A DNA stretch of 64,000 bases from assembly GCF_006345805.1 (NCBI RefSeq), contig NC_043004.1, positions 33,728,001 to 33,792,000 on the forward strand. Reading direction: 5' to 3'. The notes beneath the pieces were generated by a model. The model ran no database searches. It had not been told where the DNA came from and saw only the letters and a program-made list of their open reading frames with translations. Origin of the DNA: Octopus sinensis. Taxonomy: Eukaryota. Positions 52,006 through 64,000 of the stretch are shown in pieces. Within the stretch, counting starts at the first letter, position 1, and every line of letters starts with the position of its first letter. The translations under genes and the position numbers were made by a program.

Positions 52006-52014
52006 TTATTATTA

Positions 52015-52057
<43 letters not shown>

Positions 52058-52062
52058 CATTA

Positions 52063-52302
52063 AGGTGGCAAGATGGCAGAATCGTTAGCATTCCGGGTGA
52101 AATGTTTAGTGGCATTTCACTTGTCTTCATGTTCTGAGTTTAAATTCTGTTGAGGTCAACTTGGCCTTTCAACCTTTTGAAAGTACCAGTTGCACATTGG
52201 GGTCAGTGTAATCGACTCATTCCTTCTCCCAATATTGCTGCCCTTGTGGCTAAATTTGAAACTATCATTATTATTATTATTATTATTATTATAATAATAA
52301 TA

Positions 52303-52361
<59 letters not shown>

Positions 52362-52380
52362 CATTATTGTTGTTGTTATT
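52063..52380 (+). mobile_element. SINE family B variant with (ATT)n tail
   Basis: tggcagaatcgttagc...ccttgtggctaaatttgaaac followed by (att)n. Confidence 0.75.
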
Positions 52381-53096
52381 TATTTATTTATTTTGCTGTC
52401 TTTTTCTTTTACTTTTGTGATTAATCAGTATTTCACCTTCCCAGTTTAATTGCAAAATATCTGAGTTGCACAGATGTTTATCTCTCCTTTCCTTTATGAC
52501 TTTCCCACTTAAATAACAGAGCAATGGTCTAAGAAGTACGTTCTTATATTTAAAGATACCATGCTCCAGAGAACAAAGCAGAAATTCTTTAATTTCTCTA
52601 AGACTTTATGTGTAAGGAGACTGTATTTCTTAAGCAGCTTCAGAATAGTCTAATCTTGTCATTAGAAGTATAATAATAATTCTTTCCTTCTATATCTGAA
52701 GCTAATTGCCTCTTTATTTATATTTTTATCATTATGTTATCTTTAATTATTCCAGCCATTCTACAAGAATTCTACTTCTACAAGAATACTCTTTCTTAAC
52801 TCTCTCTTACTTTATACTTTTTCCATTTTTGTTTATTTTTCTTTTCTTTTTTGTCTATATTTTATTGTTATGGCTTCCTGTGACTTTAATTATGCAGTCT
52901 TCTATAAATAGAAGCAAATATGAATCTACCAATATGTATCAGTTTCAATGACTGTGGAGGATTGACACTCACATAACAACTTGTCACATAACCACTTGAA
53001 ATGTATTTATTAAACATATCTGGAATATGAATAATCAGTTTCATTATTATTCAAATGATATACATAAACATATATATCTATATGTATACACACACA

Positions 53097-53148
<52 letters not shown>

Positions 53149-53151
<3 letters not shown>

Positions 53152-53457
53152 GAAACAAAGTTTGAAAATGCAATTTCAAAAGATGTTTATTCACTTGACC
53201 GGTTTCACTTTTTTAGAAATGAACTTTTTAATATTTTCTCAAGATTTTTACTTGTAAACTGTTTTTAACATTTTCTTCTTATTATTATCAAAGAATGTAT
53301 ATATGTATTTTAATACTTTTGTGACAACCAGTATTTAACACAACAGAGCTTATACAAAGCTTTACATTTTACTTTTGACAATCTTTTTCTAAAAAAAGTG
53401 AAACCGGTCAAGTGAATAAACATCTTTTAAAATTGCATTTACAAACCTTCTTTCATA
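53149..53457. mobile_element. Foldback element (~70-bp inverted arms) in a TA tract
   Basis: aaatgcaatttcaaaagatgtttattcacttgaccggtttcactttttt is inverted at about 53392-53440; arms extend to tatgaaa/tttcata. Confidence 0.85.
53371..53413 (+). ncRNA. Minimal hammerhead motif with U3:A8 variant core
   Basis: actt TTGACAA tcttttt ct aaaaaaagt GAAAC cg GTC aagt. Confidence 0.55.
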
Positions 53458-53524
53458 TATATTTCCACTCGTCCAGTACCTTACAACTTCACTTTGTTAT
53501 ATATATATATATATATTATATATA

Positions 53525-53569
<45 letters not shown>

Positions 53570-53705
53570 CATAGCGGTTCGGCAAAAGAGACCGATAGAA
53601 TAAGTACTGGGCTTACAAATAATAAGTTACAGGGTCGAGTTGCTCGATTAAAGGCGGTGCTCCAGCATGGCTGCAGTCAAAATGACTGAAACAAGTAAAA
53701 AGGGA
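53570..53705 (+). mobile_element. SINE family A, 3' half
   Basis: tagcggttcggcaaaagagaccgatagaataagtact...gactgaaacaagtaaaa. Confidence 0.88.
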
Positions 53706-54065
53706 GATATTTCTATATACATACAACCCACCATAAATACACACACACACACATCTTAAAAGTATTTTTTACATATTTTTCTTAATGATATATGTTTTAT
53801 TTGCTAACGAGTAAAAGAGTACTCTCTGTAATGATTAACTACTGACACTATGTGCCTCATGTATGTGTGTGTTTCATTAATTAACCAGTTAGCAAATATG
53901 ATTTTTAATTGCATTTGCCACGTTTTTCTCCTCACACTTCTTTCTCTATCATATTATTCTATTTTTAATTCTGTTCAGAGGTGGGGGGAGAGATTTGCCT
54001 TAGAAATAACTTCTTCATCTACCCTTTTTACTGGTTTTTCTTCTAATTTATATGTATGTTTGCAA

Positions 54066-54109
<44 letters not shown>

Positions 54110-55168
54110 TTGTGTGTGTGTGTGTGTTACTCATATTACAAAACCTGTCTTACCTGTCATTTACTGAATATTTTTAGTCTAAAAGTCTGAAAGCGAGAAA
54201 ATTAATTAACATTACGTAATGAATTCAAATACATAGCTGTTATTAATTTAGGCGCAAGTATAGGAATTTTGAGGAAAGAGGGTCATTGATTCTGTGGACC
54301 CCAGTACATGACAGATATTCTATTTTATCAACTCTGTAAAGATAAATGGAAAGTTTACCTTAGTCTTTTTCTGAAGGAATTTGGACTCAAAATGCTAAGA
54401 ACTAGAGCAATTACTGCAAAGCCTTTTTTCTGATGTTCTAATAATTTTGTCAGTTTACCATCTTTAGATATATAATGTAAATAAAATTTTCTTAAAATAT
54501 CTACCAATTTATGTAAACTCTCAATTATAAAATACTTGATTGAAGTTGGTCTTGATCAAGATAACTTATGGCTTCAATTCTTCAAACCATGCCTTTCCCA
54601 ACATTTTTCTGGCACAGTATGCTTTCTGTAACACTATCAAATGTGTCCTTTTTTAAAGATGGTAGAATGTAATTTAATGGAGATTTGGTTGTTATTTCTA
54701 GAAGGTCAATGATCATGTAGAGAGGATTTGTTACGGGTTAAAATATTTCCATAGAGAGAATATAATTTTTCCTTTTCTATTCTTAATTTTGCTTTAGTTT
54801 TCAAGTATTTTAGTGCAAGACAATACAGTAAAAAAATATTTTAAAAAGTAGCAAATTGGTTTCATATGTGTTGCTTTTCCAGTCAATTTTGAACTTTTCT
54901 CCTTTTAAATAGCTAACATTTTACCTCTTAATTTCAGGTCACTGATAGATAAATATATTTAAGAACTGAACAGACAACTGTCTACAGACAGACATTTCGT
55001 TTTTTTTTTATTTGTATATTTTTTTTTACATATAACAGATATATTTGTATCTACAATACTAAATAATTCAGAAATAAGAACATTATTTGATAATCGTTAC
55101 TAATATATTTTGGAAAGTTTTTCCAACAGAGAATAATATATTACAACAGTGTTGGATAGGAAAAGTAA

Positions 55169-55169
<1 letters not shown>

Positions 55170-55206
<37 letters not shown>

Positions 55207-55262
55207 TAATAATAATAATGATAATGATGATGATGATGATGATGATGATAATAATAATAATG

Positions 55263-55317
<55 letters not shown>

Positions 55318-55328
55318 CAACAACAACA
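55170..55328. repeat. (AAT)/(GAT)/(AAC) compound microsatellite
   Basis: Direct inspection. Confidence 0.95.
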
Positions 55329-58279
55329 TTGCAATACTTGGTAATTTGATTTTTGGTAAGAGATCAAAACTGTTTGTAAGGAAGTTAAAGTTTTAAAGTT
55401 TCAAACAAGTTCATTTTTTTAGTATTTATTGTTTTGTTTTGTACAAGTCGTACTTATAAGTATAAAGTGAATTAACTAAGATTTTAGATTAAAAAATAAC
55501 TTTCATTTCATAAATTCCTGAATTATGAAGGGTGTGTTATGAATATTGGTGATACTTTTCTGATTTGAACACAAAAACTCTCATTTCTTCTTTCAGTGTT
55601 GTGATTCTTTAATTTTGTCAGTTCTAAGGTAAGCCATTAATGGTGGCACCGGGAATGAAGTCCTCAGTATACTCAGAGAAGTGGTTGGGAGTTAGGAAGG
55701 GCATCCAGCTGTAGAAACAGTACCAAAAGTGAAACACTGGAACAAGATATGGTCATCTGATGTAGAAGATCCTGTCAAAGCATCAAACCTAAACTATCAG
55801 AGAAGGTGGACATGAAATGATAATGATGACGATGATGGTGGTGGTGGTGATGATGATGATGATGATGATGATGATGACAACGATGATGAAATCTGAAGCA
55901 ACCAAAAGAAAATTTCAACTCTTTTTGACTATTTCTATCACTCTGAAAGTAAATAAATTAAATTGGTTTTTAGTGATTGTCTCTCTGTTCTGTGTTTTGG
56001 ATTTTTTTTCCTATTAGTTAAAGTCAACTTAGAGAAAAATATAATACTTTTACACACAGGGAAAATAATTATTGAATATCCCAAATGTAACATGATAATT
56101 CACAAAATTTCAGAAACTAGATCTGAGTTTGTCATAGAAATTTTATTGGACTTTCAGGCACTGTTCAATATTATTGAAATCAAATTATAATTCCCCTGAA
56201 AAGTTTCTCTCTTGAATTCATGGTAATTCCAATAAAACTTTCAGTTATTCATCTAAGATTTCAGCAGAAAAATGTTTTAAAAAAAGCTTGAAATAATCAA
56301 GTTTTGTATTGTTTCCATATTTTTGTAATGTTTTTTTTCTTCTTTCGAATCAATTTTTGAAAGAAAAATACACTAAATATACAACTTTTGTAGGAGATAT
56401 CGAAAACACACATATACACGTGCACATGGATGCATACACACATATATAAATACATACACATATGAAAAGTGATTGAAAGAGTGGTAGAGTCAGTTCTTTG
56501 TCAATCATTTTGGCAATTCTAACTTCTTTTACCAATATAAAAATTTTTAGCCATTCATGGAGATGAAAGAATATTAAATGTATTCTTCATTATTACATCC
56601 TTCAACAAGTAAATACTAATAAAGATAGTTTGGAACAGTTTGAATATATAGAACTAGTTAGTCACTAGTCTTTTTATTTTTGTCTTTTATTTCTATGTTC
56701 AGAAGATAGTGTTGTTGCTTTCGTTTTAAAAGAATCCTACATATACCTTTCTATTATTGAAGCCCTCAAGGGTCTTATTTTGGCATTTCACCACTGATTA
56801 AACATGAAAAATATCAAGGATTCTTTATTACATGAAACCATTGTGAACATGTATGAAATGTTAATCAATTTTCCGTGTTAAATGTTGAGAGAAGACAAAA
56901 CAAATATCTTTATCTATAGAGAAGGGATATGGCTATGTTAAATATAATGATAGAAATGAAAAGTTAATTTAACAAATGATGGTTATTTCCCAAACATAAG
57001 TCAAAACCATATGTCGAGTCTTTTGATGAAAGTTTTCAAGACTTTCTGTTAATTCTCAGACAACAAATACACTGGAACTTGCTTAAGACAAGTCACATTT
57101 AACATCAATATCTGATGCTAGATGTAGATTGTTCTCTTCGTAATATCTCTCCATTTTAATATATTCAAAACACAAAACATTAAACCATTCCTTTCCACTC
57201 TTCTTATTGCAGACATAAGAAACTTCTTCCAGCAAAATGAAACTGTTCTATGTCTACCATTATTTCAGATGAATAAATATATTGAAAAAAACAACACACA
57301 GAAAACAAATAAAAGATTATTTTCTTCAACAACAACAAAGAATGAAGAATACAATAATTCTAGACAAATGGATAGAATTAGTAATGAAAGCTGTTAGAGA
57401 GGTAGACCAATTCCGTTGTAGTGTTTCACATGTTTTATTGAAATCAACAAATACAACAATAAATGTGCTACTTGCTATTGTTATTCAGGAAACAGAAAAT
57501 ATCAGTCAAATATTACATTGAAAGTGAAAGAATTACAAACAAAATTATGTGAACAAGGCATTATTTTGTTAGGCACAATTTTGTTAAATTTCATCTAAGA
57601 ATCTATTTCAAGATGAAGAAATAGCAGAGGTGACATTTTTACTTCACTGTTATGATCAGAGAAGTTAGTAGTCATTGGAGATGACTCTTTCAAAACTCAC
57701 TAAAGCACAATATTTTCAGACAAATTATTCAGCGACAAATATAATTTATATGTTGTATATAACCGTGATAAACTTATTTTGTTTGTAACTGATGCAGCTT
57801 AGATTTGAAACATTGGTGTGTAGGTTCACCACTGAATACCTTGTATGGTTGTTGTTGTCATTGTTGTTGTGTTGTCATCTCTCAACTCCAGTCCTGGCCA
57901 GGTGCAGCACATCTAGAATCAAAGGAGATTCAAGCCATGATGATTTCATTTGATGCATATGAGGGTATAGGTTATGTATTCATCTCTAAGTTAATTGGGT
58001 GTTTCTTGTTAGGGGTATTTTCACTCACATTGGCTCTGCCTAGCATAAAGCAGTAGAAACACACACCAACAACACTTCGTACAGAAGATGATACCACAAA
58101 GCAGATATGTTGATGATAGACAACTTCTTTGGGGCTTCCTTGATCTTCTTGCACGTTCCATAGAAGATTAATCATTTGCAGACTTTTGACTGTTTGCAAG
58201 GCCCTGCTTGTTACTCTCCTTAGCAACCTAAGCAATTATAGGGTTGCTAGGATAAAGTGGTATTTGTGTTCTATTTGTG

Positions 58280-59780
58280 CAATGTACTTTATTTCAAAGT
58301 GGTGAGCTTATTTGATCTTGTTCCAAGCCATTCCTATCTCTTGCCTGATCTTTCCCTGAAGGCCTTGAGGGTAGCTCTGTGAATAGAGTTTTTGAGAGAC
58401 TTGGAATCATATTCACCTCTCTTCCCTCTCCATTGTCTCTTGAAGAATGGGTTTTGTACTGCATCCTGTTATATAGTCACCAGCTTTCTTTTCTCCATTG
58501 CTATAAGAAGATCTTCATTGGGGTCAATAAACGTTGGATAGTTTTGCAAATCCACCAATTTGTGTCCGAGCATGAAATGCCTAGGATGTGGCCAGCGTTT
58601 CATCTCCAATGCTAATCTCTTCCTCTTAATTTCTGGCATGAAAGTCCATGCTTTGCATGTGAAGATGGATATTACCTGGTTCCACAGGAGTCTTATCTTC
58701 TTGATCATGATGCTGTTCTTATTCCTCCATATTGAACTGAGTTTAATCAGAACAGTTTTTGTCTTGGCAGTTCTTTTTGAGGGTTTCAAGTTTTGATCCT
58801 TTATCATTAAGAATTGTTTCCAACTATTTGATTGGCTGTATATTCTTTACTTTCTGCTCCTGTACAGAGTTGTCTATTGGGATGGTACCATTGGCATTTG
58901 CCATGTATCTGGTTTTCTAAAATTGATTTTCATCCCAAACTTAATGGAAATTCTACGAATGTGGTTGACTAATTCAGTCAGTTTGCCTTTCTTTCTTTGC
59001 CAATCATAGAATGTTTCCAGCTATCCTTACATTTGTTATGCTCCTTCTTCCAGTGCCCACACATGATCTTTAAAGGCATCCTAGAAGATGATGAAGAAAG
59101 TTGGGAGAGGTGACAGCCTTGATGGACCTCTTCATTAGTAAAGTACCAGCTTCTGGTGGTGCTTTGTGTGAGCGTTGCATTGGTTTCTTCAGCATTAAGC
59201 TGTTAAATGATATGAATCAGTTTCTGTTTCATGTTGGAATTGTTTCCTTGAGGCTCATAGAATATCCTGCCAGGCTCTACGATACGTCTTCTTTAAGACT
59301 ATGAAGATACAATATTTTATTTGTTGTTTGAAGCATTTCTCACAGAGGATTCAGAATTTGAAGATCTTCTTTTATAAAAGCCTGCTTATTCTTTGGCTAT
59401 GTTGTGTTCTGTCTAGGATCTAAATCTCTTCCAGACAACTCTGGCCATTACTTTGCTTAACGGCTGATCTTGTTGATGCTGCTGTAATTTTGGTATAGCT
59501 GTAGATTACCGTTGATTGGAAGCACTATGATCAGTGACTGAATCCAAAGTGTGTGCCATTCACCAGTCTACAGGATTCTACTGCTGATGATCAAAGAGTT
59601 GTCAGTTGTGGCTTCTCCTCTGTAGAAATCTTCTCAATTGATTTTCCATCTGACCTTCCTGTGATTTTAACTTCATCTTACATCATTAGATAACCATTAT
59701 CATTCGAAGATTCCTACATGTTAAGCACATTTGGATCCTTGTTACTCTGAAAGTTGTGCAGTTCTGAGCAGTACACGATA
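58280..59780 (-). mobile_element. Old RTE-clade LINE relic
   Basis: FGMKIN, KLSSIWRNKN...KIRLL...FTCKAWT...ALEMKRW, EKRKL motifs; heavily decayed. Confidence 0.7.
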
Positions 59781-60204
59781 CATCTTTCTATTATTTCTTT
59801 GTCTTACGTAAGCGTTTTATTATGTGCGGTGCTCCAGCATGGCTGCAGTCGAATGACTGAAACAAGTAAAAGAGTAAAGGAGTAGAGAGAGTTTGCTTTG
59901 GGCGTTTACACTTGGTGTATTTTTTTCTTTGGTGAAGGTCTTTTACCAGTGGGAATGGGGTTTTTTTTTGTGTTCTTGCTAGAAAGGTTGCCTTTAATAT
60001 CTTCATATTCTTCAGTTACTCAGCTTTGCTCTGCTCTCCTTTTCTCGCTTTTGATTCTGTAATTGAGCAGAGTTGAAATATATGTGCATGTGTGTGGTAT
60101 GAATGTGTGAGTATGTGTATATACAAACATACATGCACAAACAAACACACAAATACATGTCTGTGAGTGTGTATATATACATATATATATATAACATATT
60201 CCAA

Positions 60205-60435
60205 GCTGGTGGCACGTAAAAAGCACCAACCAATCGTGGCCGTTGCCAGCCTCCCCTGGCACATAAAAAGCACCCATTACACTCATGGAGTGGTTGGCAT
60301 TAGGAAGGGCATCCAGCTGTAGAAACACTGCCAGATCAGACTGAAGCCTGGTGCAGCCTTCTGGCTTCCCAGACCCCAGTTGAACCATCCAACCCATGCT
60401 AGCATGGAAAACGGATGTTAAACGATGATGATGAT
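60205..60435 (+). mobile_element. RTE-type 3'UTR fragment with (GAT)n tail
   Basis: gtggttggcattaggaagggcatccagctgtagaaa...ggatgttaaacgatgatgatgat. Confidence 0.85.
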
Positions 60436-61476
60436 ATATATATATATATATCAAATACCAATATATTACACAACACTTAACATTTATAGGAACACAGGAA
60501 CGTACAGACTATGAAGTTGGAATGAATTATCATATCCAATCAAGCATTGTATCTTTTGTTTAAAAGTATTTTATTTCTAAGGTCAACAGCAAATATGATG
60601 TAATAGTATAGAAGTTATCTAAACTAGAAAGAAAAGCTATTTTCCAATTTTGCAAAAAAATAATCTTAATCTAAGTAAAATAAAAAAAAATTCCGTTGTG
60701 GAAACTTTTGCAAATATATATTACAAATATAAACTATATTCTGTCTATGTTTAACTCAATAAATTGAGATTCACACAAGAAAATGTCTCTCATCGCTCCC
60801 TGCAGCTTTGCAAATAGAGTTTCTCTTATTTTTAAGTTTTAATATCTTGGCTCCATATATTTCCTCAAACTGAAGTATTCTTACTTTTAACAATATTTTC
60901 GTGGTTGTCACAAAGCAACAGGAAAAATGGCAAATGTAGAGCTATTTATATATTTAAAGAATTCTGGAAAAACAGAACAATATCAACAGTAAATGCCTAT
61001 TCCTGATTGCATATTTAACGCAAAATGTATAAATTTATTTTACATTATTTTGCTCGTTATTTGAAATGAAGTTTATTCTTTAGTTGATATAAAATTTGTC
61101 ATTTATTTTAGGTGAACTTTTAACATGTCTTTTAGCAACATATTTACTAAGTATTTGATATGAAATATCAGAGAAGTTCTGACATGGATTTTGACAGATA
61201 TGTTGAAAGAAATATCATTAAATATTTGGAAATTATTCTTCATTTCACAAACCATGACACCTTTAACCACACATCTATCCATATATATGTGTGCGTGTTT
61301 GTGTGCGTGTTTGTGTGTGTGTGTGTGTGTGTGCACGCACGTGTGCATGTGTGTTTGTGTGTGTGTATGCATCATTTATCTCTACTGAATAGAGCACTTC
61401 TTTTTCTGCTAACCTACCAATAATGGAACAGTAAACTACATGCATACACACACACACACACACACGAACGCACACA

Positions 61477-61866
61477 TTGGCACTATTGAGAGGGGCAAAT
61501 GACCACAGACTAGATAAGCTTAGAAAGGACCTCACTGGCACCATGAATTCCTTTGGACTTAATGTCACAAAAGAAACCAGCTTGAAAACAGTGGATTTCC
61601 TTGATGAGTCCTTGGATTTGGAGTCCAGTGCTTATCGACCATTTAGGAAGTCAAATGAGAGGCTGCTATCATATATTACCACAGGTTCCTGTCATCCAGC
61701 CATATTATTCAAGAACCTGGTAAAAGATGTGAACAGAAGACTCTTTAACCTATCTTCAAGCAAATGGATTTTTGATGCCGCCACCCCATACTATAATAAA
61801 GTTCTGGCCATCATCAGTTTTAAGGAAAAGGTTAGTTATATACCAGATTTTAACCTCTCTAAGTGA
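61477..61866 (+). mobile_element. Penelope-like element RT fragment
   Basis: VDFLDESLDL...YRPFRKSN...YITTGSCHP...NRRLFNLSSS..IFDAATPYYNKVL matches the PLE RT palm/thumb pattern. Confidence 0.8.
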
Positions 61867-61884
61867 AAATGCCACCGGAAAGTG

Positions 61885-62254
61885 TTTATTTGAACCTTAT
61901 TAAGTTGATGGGGAACAAACTTATCCATCATTTTGACTTGTCCAATTTTCTTCAAGTGTCGAGAAGCAGTTGTGGGAGATGTCTGGATCTTTGATCCGAT
62001 TTTTCGGACGGTTGTTCCAAGATTTCGTTTAACCAAAGCAATCAATTCGTCATGCTGAATCTCCCTCTTGGTTCATTTTTAAGGCTTTTATTTCCTGAAC
62101 TAAATCTTTCGAGCAATCTCTGAACAGTTCTAATGTCAACAGAATCGTTACTAAAAGCCCGCTTGATATTTCGTAGAGCTTCGGTGGCTTAGTAACCCAA
62201 CTTGTATTCGTACAAGAAAATCACTTGGTATTGTTCAGTTGTCAACATTCTCAT
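61885..62254 (-). pseudogene. Mariner transposase N-terminal (HTH) fragment
   Basis: IFLYEYKLG, ATEALRNIKRAF, RTVQR, EPRGR, SRHLKKIGQVKMMDKFVPHQL. Confidence 0.82.
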
Positions 62255-63082
62255 AAGAGCTGTGAGTAGCAATTTCGAATTATAGTATTGTCTAGAAAGA
62301 AAAAGATTTAAGAGTAAACACCAGCATATACATAGAAACTCATTAAAAATCCATTTATAGATGACTCATAAGAAACCCATTTAAAATACATTAGTTATAG
62401 GACATGACACACACACACATACACACACACACATACACACACACATACACACACACGCATGCACACACACACACACAGAGGTAATCAAGAGTTTAAAATG
62501 GTGTATAGTAGACATACATATGTACGCATGTATGTATGTATATATGTGTATGTGTGTGAGTGTTTCTTTGCGATGGACTGCAGAAAAGCCACCTACTCCC
62601 TCTATCCTTAAAGCAACATATTCCTCACACACCCCTTTCTCTGTGTGTGTGTGCATATGTGTGTATGTGTGTGTGTTGTATCTATGTATTTACGAAATTA
62701 TATATGCAGTGTCACGTGTATATGACAGTTGTAGAACACTACCATCCCATTTCCACCACTGTTCTTGCCTTCACTGATATAAGTCACCCTCTCTCTGTTG
62801 CTACCTTTCCCTCATACTAATACTTTTGCAACCTTCTCATTTTATCATATAATTCGCCCAACGACACTGGGGGAAGGCACATTATAGATTCTTATTAAAA
62901 TCCAGTTAGCCTATTATTTAACTGGATGTTAGTGTAACATGTATGCAAAGTATTGGGAATATTGGTTCGCTGGTTTATGCGGTAAGATGGTAACAGACAG
63001 ACAGACAAAAAGAAATTGCCATTTTATATATACACACACATATCTATCTATCTATCTAGCTATCTATATATGCATGTATATA

Positions 63083-63135
<53 letters not shown>

Positions 63136-63581
63136 TATATATACATGTATATATAAATATATATAAATATATATATATATAATATATATATATATACATA
63201 CAATCCAGCCGTCCCTTGCCATGGAAGTTCGTCTATCTTTAAAGCAAAGCCCTGAAGAGACTTATATAAACCTATATGAATTGTATATAAATCAAATAAT
63301 ATATATAAGTCTAAACAAATTGTTGGCTCCTTTGGTTTTTTAATGATTTTTTATGCTGTCTTATATTATATTCATAGTATATTATGTTATATTATAATAT
63401 AAATTAGTTATTGGATTGTCAATTGAATCTCTCAGTTTAATTTATAGTTTGTAATTTGCATTATATCCATATTTATGGGGTATTCAACTGATGTACCAGT
63501 GAATAGGATGTTGTACACAACAACCCTTTGAAGGAATTCCTTTCCTTTGGTTTGTTACTTTATTTATTTAGACACACACAC

Positions 63582-63615
<34 letters not shown>

Positions 63616-63627
63616 ACACATATATAT

Positions 63628-63980
63628 TCTTTTATTTGTTTCAGTCATTTGACTGTGGCCATGCTGAAGCACCACCTTTAGTTGAACAAATCAACCCCAG
63701 GACTTGGACTTTGTAAGCCAAGTACTTATTCTATCAGGCTCTTTTGCCGAACCAACATTGGTTGTCAAGCAATGGTGATGGGGGGGGGGGGGGTGACAAG
63801 CACAGCTACACAAACATATACATTGATATATATATAATATATATATATGATGGGCTTCTTTCAGTTTCCATCTATCAAATCCATTCACAAGGCTTTGGTT
63901 GGCTGAAGGTGCCATGTAGTGGGACTGAACCTGGAACCATGTGGTTGGGAAGCTAGATTCTTACCACAGAGCAATGCCTG
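63628..63980 (-). mobile_element. SINE family A with internal deletions
   Basis: Family tail and head motifs. Confidence 0.85.
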
Positions 63981-64000
63981 TGTTTATACACACACACACA

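Noticed and set aside
62820-63030. Possible Helitron/Helentron-like short element ending acagacagac...attttatata
   Set aside because: Only a general resemblance; single copy in the window and no diagnostic terminal hairpin confirmed
449-63956. Most ORFs in the supplied track (YIYI, HTHT, CVCV, LSIY, poly-M/D/H/P, and SINE-derived FQSFDCGHAGAP peptides)
   Set aside because: They are translations of microsatellites or SINE copies, with no domain signal or splice-supported structure

Overview
AT-rich, repeat-saturated eukaryotic DNA with no recognisable host protein-coding exon, so probably intergenic or deep intronic. The SINE families and microsatellite density suggest an octopod cephalopod (Octopus sp.); this is inference, not a database result. 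Almost every ORF in the supplied track is a microsatellite read-through or a retroelement or transposon relic. Identifiable content: (1) two abundant tRNA-derived SINE families, called A and B here; (2) decayed LINE fragments of the RTE, L1/Tx1, CR1/L2-type, R4/Dong and Penelope-like groups; (3) mariner relics plus Tc1/mariner, hAT and piggyBac-type MITEs; (4) many microsatellites. The most interesting signals: several minimal hammerhead-ribozyme motifs of the Penelope type, two of them inside short foldback elements and one with a U3:A8 compensatory core; two divergent Tx1-like LINE copies inserted in the same (TATC)n tract; and three SINE-tail/LINE-3'-end pairings visible within this window, including an apparent Tx1-tailed SINE. 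Element boundaries were read by eye and are approximate.
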